From positions 1-46,770 of the forward strand of contig UYFQ01000475.1 in the NCBI GenBank assembly GCA_900617105.1: a DNA stretch of 46,770 bases, in the 5' to 3' direction. The stretch is from Hydrurus foetidus. Its lineage: Eukaryota. Under the pieces are notes generated by a model. The model ran no database searches and was not told where the DNA came from. It was given only the letters and a program-made list of their open reading frames with translations. A program made the translations under genes and the position numbers. Below, one piece after another: positions 21,503-32,515 of this stretch (positions are counted from its first letter, which is position 1; the number at the start of each line of letters is the position of its first letter).

Positions 21503-24317
21503 CAGGTTAATCCAAAATCAAAAGGTTAATCCAAAATCGTTCGTTGGTATTATCTTATCTTTTACGATCATTGTATTCTTTTGAGATTTTATCGATAACA
21601 AATGCGGGAATTGCACGATGACTCTTATACTTTTTTACAGCAAATTCAAGCAATGGACCAGTTAGTCCCTCTCGGTAACCTGTCATAAAGCGCATGCAGT
21701 GTCTTGAAGCCCTCCTAACGAAAGCAATCGGCATCGTTTCATCAATAGACACCGGTAAAGTGTCCTCTAAATGTTTGAAGTTATATGTGCATGATCGCCT
21801 GTGATATGATTTCAACCAACCCCAAATCATCTCTATGAAGTTTAATTCACAGTGATATTTGGGGTAGAAAATTATTTCACACCCTCCCAACTCAACGACT
21901 TCAGTAAGCCACTCTTTTTGCATCATGAAATCAGGTTCTTCAGAGAGGACCTTGCTTAAACAGCATTTCTCACCGACCACATCAGTGGTGAGACCCAAAC
22001 GACAGCCGTGGCACTGCTTGTTCAGCTCATGTCCGCCAATGCTAAGATCTTTCCGACCTCTAGCTTTTAGAATACTTAAGAGTCCAAGCTGCTCTCCCTT
22101 CTCATTTCTCATGGATTGCTCATGTCTAACTCCTTCAGAGTCGATAAAGAAACCCTTTCGCATAAGGGGGACGTTTTTACCCCCATCCCCTTTGTTCAGA
22201 CGTGAAGCATCCAACCCATCCGGTGCCCTCGCTCTGTGAGTCATCGAGTTATCGAATGCAATTACGAGATCGCAGGCCGGATGGTAGTGCTTGAGCACAT
22301 GTAGACAGCAGTTGAATTGGTCCACCAAATGTTGGTTAGTGAACCACCCTTCCCGTCCCGTCCCGGCCTTAAAAAGCTGGTAGGATTTCCCTGTCGATAG
22401 CGACATAAAGCCATGACACTGACAACAAAAACCGGAAACCATCAGGGAAGTTCCTTTGCTTTTAGGAAGCAGCTTCTTCTTCCCGTTCTCCAACCAGAAG
22501 AATCGTCTACCTTCATTGCAGTAGAAGGTTGACTCATCGTGGGTGATTAATACAACCTCGTTCTCTCCAACAAGTAAGTCTGGCTCTATCCTAGTATCCA
22601 TATTTTCACCTTCATAGTGACACATCCTTCTCTCTAACTCGAGCATCTCAGTCAGAAATATCTCACGTGATGCAATAACATCAACCCTCTCATGAGCATC
22701 CGTAAACCATCCTTTCGAAGCAGTGACGGGTTTAAATCCAAGCTCTATCATCCAGCGCTTTGCAGTGCTGTAGGAAATTTGACTTGGAGCTTGATTCATT
22801 TTGGAAAGGAGTCCATCTGGGGCATTGCAGCGTTGAAGTAAGATGTCTGGCGTCCTTTCGACATCTGACCAGCTGCGTAATTGAGCCGTGAGTTCAGCTC
22901 TATTCACTTCATTATTGATGATACTGAATGTTTTTGAGTGCTCTCCTTGCTTAAATTCTGGAAATTCTCCCGTCACTAAGTACTCTTCACCCCATTCTCT
23001 CACGCTTCTTGCTTTGTAACAGGTCTTAGATTCGTCGGCGCTTCGGACAACAGCTGTCGACCCATGTCCCTTCAAAGGATAGAAAGCGAGAGCAGTCTCT
23101 GCACTCGCTGCGAGTTTTCCCTTATCCTCGAGCAGCAGAGTAAAATATTTGAACACTGCGCGAGCCCTGTTAACCTCCCACGGCTTAGATAGGTTGCATG
23201 TAGATGAAGATGCACGAGAATTCATCACTAGAGGTTTCAATCTCTCCATCGCCTCAATTACACTGTACTTGTGTATTGGGGCTTCCCTCTTGCACTCTTT
23301 TTTTAGCAAAGAGCTACAAGTAGCTATCTCTTCAGTAAGTGTTCTTTCAGTTACAACAGCTTTCTCAACCTTATGATAAAATGAGCTAATCTTTCTGTCG
23401 CCTTCAACTGATCCACATCTCAAAGCGGTCTCTGCAGCTTTCCTGTAGAATGACGACCTGCTTGTCCCGTGGTATCCGAAATTGTCACCAACTGCACGCC
23501 ACTTCGCGTCTATGGATTCCGTCAACCTCAGAGCAACTTCTTCGTCCTGAAGATTAATATTCATTCTGTCTTCATCATCATATTGCTGAGAGTCAGAGGG
23601 TTCTTCTGGCAATATCCTCCAGTGAACGCCATCAATAAAAAAAGCTGAATCTGCTTCCTCATCTACGTCACTGTCATATGCTTCGGGAACAGCTGCAGTG
23701 GATGGAGTATTGTCGAGAAATTCAACATCAGGCGCATAATCGATGTCAGTCCTTGCGATCTTTGCTGCTGCTGCCTTCACTCTTGCAGATGCCAATTGAT
23801 GGTTAGCCTTACTCTTCCTCGGCATGATGATTCAATATTCTGATTGAATTTTAAAATGCTTTTTGAAAAAGAGGTCGTGCAGTAATGTTGTGCAGTGTGT
23901 GAACCTTAGAAAATTTTACATTTGGACCTCCGAGGGCGGGTTTCTCTGATCCCAAAATTATACACTTGAACGTACCAAACATACAATATTCAATACAATT
24001 CATCACAATAAACGTTTATCATACTCATTGACGTTATTTCGCATACTAAAGGCGACTATCACATGTTGTCATAGAACGTTCACGTACTTACATGATTTCT
24101 CACCATACTAATCCCATTTTTCTGGTCCCCACTCAAATTGAATTGACTATAACTTGACAGGGAAGATGAATTTGGAAAAAAGCTCTCTGTTGGAATGTTC
24201 ACATGATCATTCTCTACACGATAACAGAGCGATAAAAGCAACAAAAAAACAAATGCAAAAGTTTTAGTAGTTCCAGGTTCCACCACTCACTTCATTCCGT
24301 TTCTAGGTGACTCCCAC
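21503..24317 (-). mobile_element. IS630/Tc1/mariner-superfamily DNA transposon, only one end evident
   Basis: TA followed by CAGGTTAATCCAAAATC at 21503 with a 16-bp direct repeat (21504-21519, 21523-21538); no inverted partner found before the Copia LTR at 24318. Confidence 0.55.
21555..23825 (-). CDS. IS630/Tc1-like DDE transposase (756 aa, long D-to-E spacing)
   Basis: HDESTF, FDNS and PKYHCELNFIE motifs; uninterrupted ORF. Confidence 0.9.
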   Translation of the reverse strand: MPRKSKANHQLASARVKAAAAKIARTDIDYAPDVEFLDNTPSTAAVPEAYDSDVDEEADSAFFIDGVHWRILPEEPSDSQQYDDEDRMNINLQDEEVALRLTESIDAKWRAVGDNFGYHGTSRSSFYRKAAETALRCGSVEGDRKISSFYHKVEKAVVTERTLTEEIATCSSLLKKECKREAPIHKYSVIEAMERLKPLVMNSRASSSTCNLSKPWEVNRARAVFKYFTLLLEDKGKLAASAETALAFYPLKGHGSTAVVRSADESKTCYKARSVREWGEEYLVTGEFPEFKQGEHSKTFSIINNEVNRAELTAQLRSWSDVERTPDILLQRCNAPDGLLSKMNQAPSQISYSTAKRWMIELGFKPVTASKGWFTDAHERVDVIASREIFLTEMLELERRMCHYEGENMDTRIEPDLLVGENEVVLITHDESTFYCNEGRRFFWLENGKKKLLPKSKGTSLMVSGFCCQCHGFMSLSTGKSYQLFKAGTGREGWFTNQHLVDQFNCCLHVLKHYHPACDLVIAFDNSMTHRARAPDGLDASRLNKGDGGKNVPLMRKGFFIDSEGVRHEQSMRNEKGEQLGLLSILKARGRKDLSIGGHELNKQCHGCRLGLTTDVVGEKCCLSKVLSEEPDFMMQKEWLTEVVELGGCEIIFYPKYHCELNFIEMIWGWLKSYHRRSCTYNFKHLEDTLPVSIDETMPIAFVRRASRHCMRFMTGYREGLTGPLLEFAVKKYKSHRAIPAFVIDKISKEYNDRKR

Positions 24318-24575
24318 TGTAGCTGCGAAGCGTACGGGAACGTTCTGAGTCTCGTAAAATAACTAGGTGATAGTCAAGTACTTGTTATTAAAACTTGTGC
24401 GCGGCGTCCCTGTTCACCGTACACGAAGCTTAGTGTTCGCAACACTAACTAACTTATATATATACGCATATCGAATCACACATTCAAAGTGTAGCGCGTT
24501 ACTTTCAGGCCTGAAAGTAACGTACGTAAGTACACCTCTCTACTAACACCAGCCCTACACACGTAATATCCAACA
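24318..24575 (-). repeat. Copia-1 3' LTR
   Basis: TGTAG...CCAACA on + strand; direct repeat of 29360-29617. Confidence 0.95.
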
Positions 24576-24675
24576 CACCCCTAGGACTGGCGTTGTTTCA
24601 CACATTTCATTCAAACAGTATATAGCACGCATCATCTGTATATTCACGCATTGTCAGTGTAAGTAATATATCGCA

Positions 24676-27600
24676 TTACTTCCATCCCGTCAGACACTCT
24701 CTCTCATATATGAACTGTGACCCTTGTAACGGCTTAGTCAGTACGTTCGCATACATCTCTTTAGTTCCTTTGTGCACCACGGTCGCCTCCTTCTTCTCCA
24801 CCCGCTCTCGCAACCAGAAATATCTGATGGAGATATGCCGAGTTCTCTCAGCTCCAGATCTTCCCCTTTCCATGAGAGCCATACAGGACGTGTTGTCCTG
24901 GTATACCGTAATTGGCGGTACCCTGTGCCCTTGCGCCAGCAGGAAATTCCGGATGTACAACCCTTGATTCGCCGAGTCCGATAGAGCGATCAGCTCCGCT
25001 TCCGTGCTCGATTTAGTCACAATGCTCTGCTTGCACGATTTACAGTGGACAGCTCCGACCTCTCCTATCACGACACAGCTCCCTGTGTGTGACTTGCCGT
25101 CGCCGTGCACCCCGTATGCGGCATCCACGTACAGCCGTACGCACACCCCCAATTTCCCCGGTCTCAGGATAACCCCTCTCTCCCTAGTGTACGTGATGTA
25201 TTGCACCACCCGCTTCAGCTTCTCGACGTCATCCATGGTGCACTTCGTCACCCGAGTCGCAAGAAACGCAACTGCGGTAAGGCACTCCGGTCTCGCACGC
25301 TTCGCCAGATATGCGAGTTTGGCCACCACACTATGGAACCATGATCTTTGCGATTCTGACACCAGTACCGCACCATCTCTGGTGTCGAACAGTCCACTGG
25401 TGGCAGGGCTTCTAGAGTGTCCAACGATCCCGCTGTACGCTATGACGTCCTCGACGTATCCCTGCATAGTCATTTTAACTTGTCCTCGAACAGATAGATC
25501 AAATACCATACCAAGATAATTCAGCACGGGTCCGTCCGCAGACGTTATTTCCCCATACCTTTTCTTCATAAATCCCTTTAGGTCCATAATCATTTCCTCG
25601 CTTTCGCTTGTGATGATCAGGTCGTCGACGTGCACGGCCACCGTGCATTGCACTCCATTCGCATCCCTCTTATTGTAAACACATATCTCATATTCGTTTC
25701 TCTTAAAACCAGCGTCCGTTAGTGATGCAGATAGGTTATTATACCACAGTGCTGCAGACTCAACGCACCCGTACAGTGCTTTCTCTAGCCGTACCACCGT
25801 ACATCCTCTGTCGTCCGTGTACGCGCCGTACGTTCCATCTAGCTCACCCAGCATGGCTGACATTGTCGGGTCTAGTCGCATATGCACAATTACCTTTCCC
25901 ATCGTTGCATTTAGGAATGCACCCCCGATGTCCATCACGCTGCCTTTCCTATTCTCATGCGCCGCTACCGCGAACACTGTCATCACCGCACTAGTCGACA
26001 CTGTAGGCGAGGATATGTCATCGTATAAATCCTTGTCCTGCTGGTTGCCTCCAGCCACCAGTCTAGCTTTGAGCTTCTCAAACTTCCCCGTGGGGAGGTA
26101 CTTCTCCTTAAGGAACATCTGTGATCGGATGATGCCCCTCTTCTCTGTTACACTCAGCGACGACACGTGCACCGGGGTCCATACTCTTTTGTCGAGCATC
26201 TGCTTTAATTCCTTCTTTATCACCCTCTTAGCTTCGTCACCCCTACTCTTGAGTGCTTCTTTCACCGAGATATTCATCACACGTTCTTCGGACACGCCTC
26301 CGCTCTGGTACGTACGATCAGCGTACAGCGCCACGTCGTGATCACCGTATGTTATCGAGAGATTTGTTCCAGCTTCCACGTCGAATCCCATCGACACGGC
26401 CGTGTATATAGGTGTTTGTACATTCCCTGGTGGAGTAACCGGCACCGCCGCGTCAGGATGATGATACGCTTCAGGTGCGGCCGGCCCGAACTCCTGGAGC
26501 TCCCCGACATCCAAGTCTTCCATATTGAATTCTGCACCCTGCACGATCGGCACATCGTAGTCTTCAGGTTATCCCATGATGTCGTTCACCATCGCTGGGT
26601 CGAATTGGTACTCCTCTCTCTCGCCCTCGTCCAGATCCAGCTGGGTGTAGGGGTTGGCCGTGACATCCGGGTCCAGGTTAGCCGCAGGATCTTGGGTCGG
26701 CCGTATGTACGTGGGTTCTTCAGCTCGTCGTAACCCTCCTTCACCGTCATATACCATCTTCGATCTACGCATCAGTTTCTTTCCTTCTGCCACTGCCATC
26801 TCGTTCAACCTTGTAATAACGTAAGACGGCATTGGTAGTATTTTAAATTGATCTCTCGTGATCAACTTACCAGTACTGATCGACATCATCTTTACTGATC
26901 CTGTTCTGTTCCCCGTTGGCAGCATGACGATACAGTCTTCCGTCCTCGATTCCATACAGTTATTGGTATTCGGCACGGTGCATTGGGCATATTCCCCGAA
27001 TCCCGCCCTGAAGTCCATCTTCCCGTCCGTCTGTCTACCGGAGAACATCACTCGCGGGCTCTCCCCTGAGCCGCTGACCGACGAGACTTGGTAGTTCAAC
27101 CTAGAGACACAAAACAGTACTAACATTGCCACGCCCAGGTATGTTAGAGTGAATGGTAGTTGATGAGCGATGTATGCTCGCAGCCTTTCCTTTACCGTCT
27201 GTATCTTACGTTCGATTCTCGCCACATGACCCCCTGCCCCGGAGATATCGACTTCTATACCCAACATGTTGAGGTCTTGCTTAATCTTCCCCACCGCCCC
27301 CTCACCGTCACTCATTATCATTCTCGTAACGAAGTTTCTGGAGGCCAGGGTCGCAACGAATCCGTCGATTCCCTTCTTTATGACGGCTGCCGACCTCGGA
27401 CCCTGTGCTGAGTCGAATGCCGACAGAGTCACAGCCATCGTTAGGTCCAACGGTGTGGCCAGTCCGATCAGAGACGGCACACCGTCTACAAACATCACAT
27501 CAACCGACAAGACCTGTTCCACCTGCACCACAGCAGCACCCACTGTAATGTCTGCACAGATCGAGACACTCTTCTTGGTTTTGCCCTTCATTGTTGCGAT

Positions 27601-29313
27601 ATCCTTCCCATATATATCCTCAGCTACAGCGAAGTCTCTAGCTGTCACGTCAAAGTTGGTACCGCGAGTCGCGATGTCGATGGCGTTTCTCACCGATGGG
27701 AATCCCATCTTAGCCAATAGCAGTCGTGCTCTGTCTGCCCCAGCGATCTCGCGCTTAGGATATCTCGTTAAGTTGTTCTCAACGGTTTCGATCATCGCAT
27801 GATCGCTCGGCTCAGGGTAGGTCGTAGGCTCATCCTGCACCATCGTCTTCACATGACAACAGTAGAACCTCCCTTCACTTCCACTAACGTTCTTCCTACA
27901 GAACGAGTATACTCTCCGGCTCCCAGCCGGTTTGAGTATGAACCTGTCGTTCACCTTATCATAGCTCACGTCGTTGCCTCCGTCAACCATTACAGCATAC
28001 GACAAGATGTTTGCTGTGGCTTCTTTGCTGAAGTAGCATCTCCCCACATCTAGGAAGTCTCCTTCCTGGTTTATTGCAACTCCAGACGCTTTGGCTTGAA
28101 CCCCGTTCAGCACAACTTTCGTCTCCGATTGTCTCACATTGCTCAACAGCTCCCGATTGCAGAATACGTTCACTGATGCCTGACTGTCCAGAAGCACATC
28201 GTCCCTTGAGAAAAGGACCCTTTCCACGGTTGTCACGTAGGCTATGTCCTCATCTTCCAGATCTTCCTCGCCATCGTCGCTACCCGACGGTCCCGATGCC
28301 AGAAACGCTTTCTCGCTGCCCTTCTTTTTCTTACAATCCCTGGCGTAGTGCCCTATCTTCCCGCACACGAAGCATTCCACAGTGGATTTGCTTTTCTTCT
28401 TCGTGTCGGGTTTGCCCTTTCCGGCTGGCTTCAGATCGTCGGCCTTGCCGGCATGGTCTGTGTCTGTTACCAGAGCAGAGTGGGTATCGGTATCTGTACC
28501 GGGTGGCCGTGAGAACCCTGGGTCGTTTGTCACATAACCGGTTGCAATGCGCACAGCGGCGATGACCGTCGGCGGGTATGCGCTTGGATCCAGTCTGTTC
28601 GCTGCGTTGCGCATATCTCCCACCATGTTCCCATATCTTGCCTTGTCCAATTTGTACACGAAATCCATTGCACGTTTGGACTCTGTGATTGCAGGGACCC
28701 CGGCACCTCTGCAAGCGAGTACCTGCGCTTCAAATCTAATCATGAAGTTAGCTAGATGTTCTCTTTCACCTTGTTTGAGGACCTCATAGCGACACTCTTG
28801 CTCTTTCACGTTGAGCAGTTGCAGGTGGTCTCCTTCGCCGTTAATGTGGGTTAGATGGGTGCGTCTGATGAGATCCCACAGGATCACGCAGTCCTTGCTG
28901 ATGTTTGCGGCCGCGTATTCGGCTTGTTCCTGCACCTTACACCGTGATGCGGGTGACATCTTCTGCCACATCAGAGACCAGATTTTGGCCTCGTCTTCTT
29001 TTGCTTGTATGATAGACTTCATACGGGTCGTAAAGACCGTCTCTTTTAGTTTTGCAGTAAGTGCCGCGGTGATCGCCACGGCCTCCGGTTCCCCCTCCGC
29101 GGGTACCGGATACACCACTGTGAAATCCTCGTTGCGAGGCAGTGGTGGTACATATCTGATGTTCGTCAGCAGGAAATTGGCAGTGAGCCCATACACGGCG
29201 CCCACTGACGTGCTCATTTCGAGATTCCACGCTACGATGTTGTTGAATTTTCCTATGCGGAGCATGCATTCTGGTGTAGAATCTTTTGCTTCCGCTGCGC
29301 GTTTGGGCGGCAT
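24676..29313 (-). CDS. Copia-1 Gag-Pol polyprotein, split by one in-frame TAA (26569-26571)
   Basis: CFVCGKIGHYARDC knuckle, LLDSQAS protease, integrase D/SDGEG/IERK, RT KARLVAGG, KALYG, HVDD, RNase H YVDAAY, SSTEAE, QDN. ORFs 29313-26569 and 26553-24676 are in the same frame. Confidence 0.93.
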
Positions 29314-29359
29314 CTCTATGCTGTCCTTAAGTTTTAATATGTCAGAAATCCACGGTTCA

Positions 29360-29617
29360 GGTAGCTGCGAAGCGTACGGGAACGTTCTGAGTCTCGTAAA
29401 ATAACTAGGTGATAGTCAAGTACTTGTTATTAAAACTTGTGCGCGGCGTCCCTGTTCACCGTACACGAAGCTTAGTGTTCGCAACACTAACTAACTTATA
29501 TATATACGCATATCGAATCACACATTCAAAGTGTAGTGCGTTACTTTCAGGCCTGAAAGTAACGTACGTAAGTACACCTCTCTACTAACACCAGCCCTAC
29601 ACACGTAATATCCAACA
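29360..29617 (-). repeat. Copia-1 5' LTR
   Basis: Direct repeat of 24318-24575; base 29360 is G where the other copy has T. Confidence 0.95.
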
Positions 29618-29660
29618 CATCGGACATCGCCCATACCGTCTCCGACCCCATTATTTATTT

Positions 29661-30472
29661 TGTTTGAGTGGTGTGTGATCGGTAAACCGTGTAGTTTGCT
29701 TCCGGTTCTATCAGGCGACTGGTGCAGTCAACCTATTCAGATAGAATATGCGTTGTTTATAACCCTTGCACTTGTAATATAAACTTTGAACTCCTTGCAG
29801 AACAAGTCTGTGATTGCACAGGCGCGCTTTCCTGCACTCTCAAAAGCCTCCGGGAGAAGGAGCTCAGTAGATAAGGCTACTGCTTAATTACGTGGCAAAG
29901 AAATATAACAGTTGCAGTAGACTGCACTGTACATTTCTAAAATTGCAGAATGTGAATATTCGTGGCATGCATCAAAGATCTAGATCAACTACCTCAGATT
30001 CTCTACACATTCATTACTTATTGGATGCTATGAGCGCATCACTATATTTGAGATTCAGTACCCGTATACACTATATGTGTACGGGATATACGGATAATCC
30101 CAAACATACCCCTTGATGGGTTCATACACATCTGAAGAAAATGTGACCGGAATTTCCGTTACGAATTTTAGGCCTGAAAAAAAACTTTGAAGTTCGGGTT
30201 GAAAATGAAAGAGGTGCCGCACAGATTCGCGGAACAGAATGCTTCTACAGACATCTCTCCTCTTCAAGCTCGACATCTCCACCGCACATTCACAACTTAA
30301 TCCCTGTGATCAATCTTCGGAACGTCATGAATAGCGCACCATGTAGAGGCTTCGTGAGGATGTCCGCCAGTATTTGTCCAGTCGGTAAATATTCAATCAA
30401 TGTAGTGTTTGATAAAGAAGTAACGAATCTTCACGTGCCTTGTTCTCTCAGACGTTGACCTGCCTTTATTTG
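29661..30472 (-). mobile_element. Copia-2 3' fragment, copy A (RNase H tail, PPT, 446-bp 3' LTR 29661-30106)
   Basis: LTR bounded by TGTTTG...CAAACA; PPT AAGGGGTA; RTRHVKIRYFFIK and ADILTKPL motifs; duplicate of 38453-39253. Confidence 0.88.
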
Positions 30473-30486
30473 CAGGGGTATGCCAG

Positions 30487-30518
30487 GGTCGGAGACGGTA
30501 TGCATACCGTCTCCGACC
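30487..30518. repeat. Perfect 32-bp palindrome, probable transposon terminal structure
   Basis: GGTCGGAGACGGTATG-CATACCGTCTCCGACC, preceded by CAGGGGTATGCC at 30473. Confidence 0.85.
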
Positions 30519-30804
30519 TCCGACCTTATTATTTATTAGAGTGGTTGCGATTTTCGTTAGTGCAATCCTTGTGGGAGACAAAGTACAAAATACAAATCTT
30601 CTTATTTTGTTGACTTTGTCTCGGTTTCGTACCTTGTGGCGACAAAATTAAAATACAAAATCCATTCTTTTGTTTTTTCAAGTTTGTCAGGCCCTCCCGA
30701 GACAAAAATCTCACGTATATTTGTCTGGCATTTTTTCGAGACAAAGTCTAACCAACCTGTCATATTAATCATATATATCACTAGAATTCATCAAATTGTG
30801 AGCC

Positions 30805-32397
30805 ATGTCATTCAGTAAGAGTTTAGCCCGTCTCATTCCTGAGGATGATGATATTGATCTGATTGAATTCATGAAATTCAGACAAGAACGCGATGAGATA
30901 TTCGATGATGAAATAGATTATGAAAGAGCAGAGGAGGAAGAAAGGCAAGGTGCAGTCAAGGTTGTGAAGAGAAGGAAGTTTATGACTAGAGTATATGATG
31001 GGTACAATCCCAACATTTATCTTAACTCGGAATGGTACTTGAAATATGTGAAGAGGACGAGATTGGAAATAAGCAAGAAGTGTGCAACCAACTTTAGGAG
31101 GAGATTTAGAATGCCTTTCGAGTCATTTGTCCGCCTGGTGAAAGAGGCACGTGAAGACAATTGGTTCCCAGACTATGAGAAATTCAACGCACTTGGTCAA
31201 AAGGGCGCACCCCTTGAAATCTTTATGCTGGGATCATCGCGTTATCTGGGTAGAGGCTGGACCTTCGATGACTTATTTGAGGCGACATATGTATCACAAG
31301 ATGTTCACATGGTATTCTTACATGTTTTTACGAAAGCTTGCCGTAAGCATCTGTATCCAAAGTGGGTTAAGAGACCAGAAACGGCTGATGAAAATGAGGA
31401 TTATATGCATGAATTCAAATTAGCTGGATTCGATGGCTACATTGGTTCAGCTGATGTTACACATGTCATCTTAGAAAGTTGTCATTCTAAATTGAAGAAT
31501 CAACATTTGGGATCTAAGAGCTCACATACAACTCGTGCTTATCAATTAGTTGTCAATCATCGAAGACAAATCATAGCATCAACAGTTGGATACCCAGGCA
31601 GATGGAATGATAAGACAATAGTGAGATTTGATGGGTTTGTTGCTGACATTCAACGTGGTCTTTATTTGAAAGATCACAAATTTACACTTAAGGACAGTGA
31701 AGGAGAGGATGTTAATTATGAAGGAGCCTGGATCTTGGTGGATGGGGGGTATCTTAACTGGTCTACTTTGATATGTCCATTTAAAAACACAATGTCTGTT
31801 AAGGATACTCGATGGTCAAAATGGGCCGAATCAATGAGAAAAGATGTTGAGTGCACATTCGGTATATTAAAAGGTAATTACAACTTAAATTTTATAATAT
31901 ATTGCTTATATTTTATATTAATAAATTTATATTCCTATTTTATATAGGTCGTTGGAGAATTTTGAAAACTGGCATAAGAGTTCATGGTATAGCTAGCGCA
32001 GATAATATTTGGTTTACGTGTTGTGCATTGCACAACATGTTATTAGATGTTGATGGATTAAACAGAAGATGGAAGAAAGGTGTTAAGAGTTCATTTCAAG
32101 GTGAACTAGGTTGGCATACATCGAATGATATTGAAAATTATGCCCCATTGATATTTCGTCGTGTTAATGGTCCTGTTAATCCTAGGCAGCTTGATTTGTG
32201 TCCAGTGGGGGGTAATGACTTCGAATATGATGATGTGGAAGAAATTCCCGATGAATGAAATTGTGATAGAAAAAAAAACTTTTAAAATATCAAATATGTC
32301 AAATTTAAATTTCAGAAATAAATTAGTTACTAGCTTTCATAAAAGATGGGAAACAAAAGATATCGAATGGCCTTCACGTACCGGAAAAATGACTTAA
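30805..32397 (+). CDS. Harbinger-type DDE transposase of the inner element (intron 31874-31947; apparent frameshift near 32255)
   Basis: FRRRFRM, IGSADVTH, GRWND, LVDGGY, RKDVECTFGILKG/RWRIL, CCALHNML. Confidence 0.88.
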
Positions 32398-32515
32398 AAA
32401 ATAATTTCTATAATGTATATCTCTGCTTCAAAAAATCAGTAATGTCTTGCTTAAAATTTACTTTATTGTATATAATTATTAGAAACGTAGTATATAAACA
32501 TTATGTATATACACT

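Larger units (their letters stand above)
24318..29617 (-). mobile_element. Full-length Ty1/Copia LTR retrotransposon (Copia-1), resembling stramenopile CoDi-type elements
   Basis: Two ~258-bp LTRs differing at one internal base and one terminal base; order Gag-PR-IN-RT-RH; short PPT (CTAGGGG on minus strand) before the 3' LTR. Confidence 0.95.

Noticed and set aside
24710..29404. Many + strand ORFs of 70-200 aa over Copia-1, and similar shadow ORFs elsewhere
   Set aside because: Antisense shadows of real coding frames.
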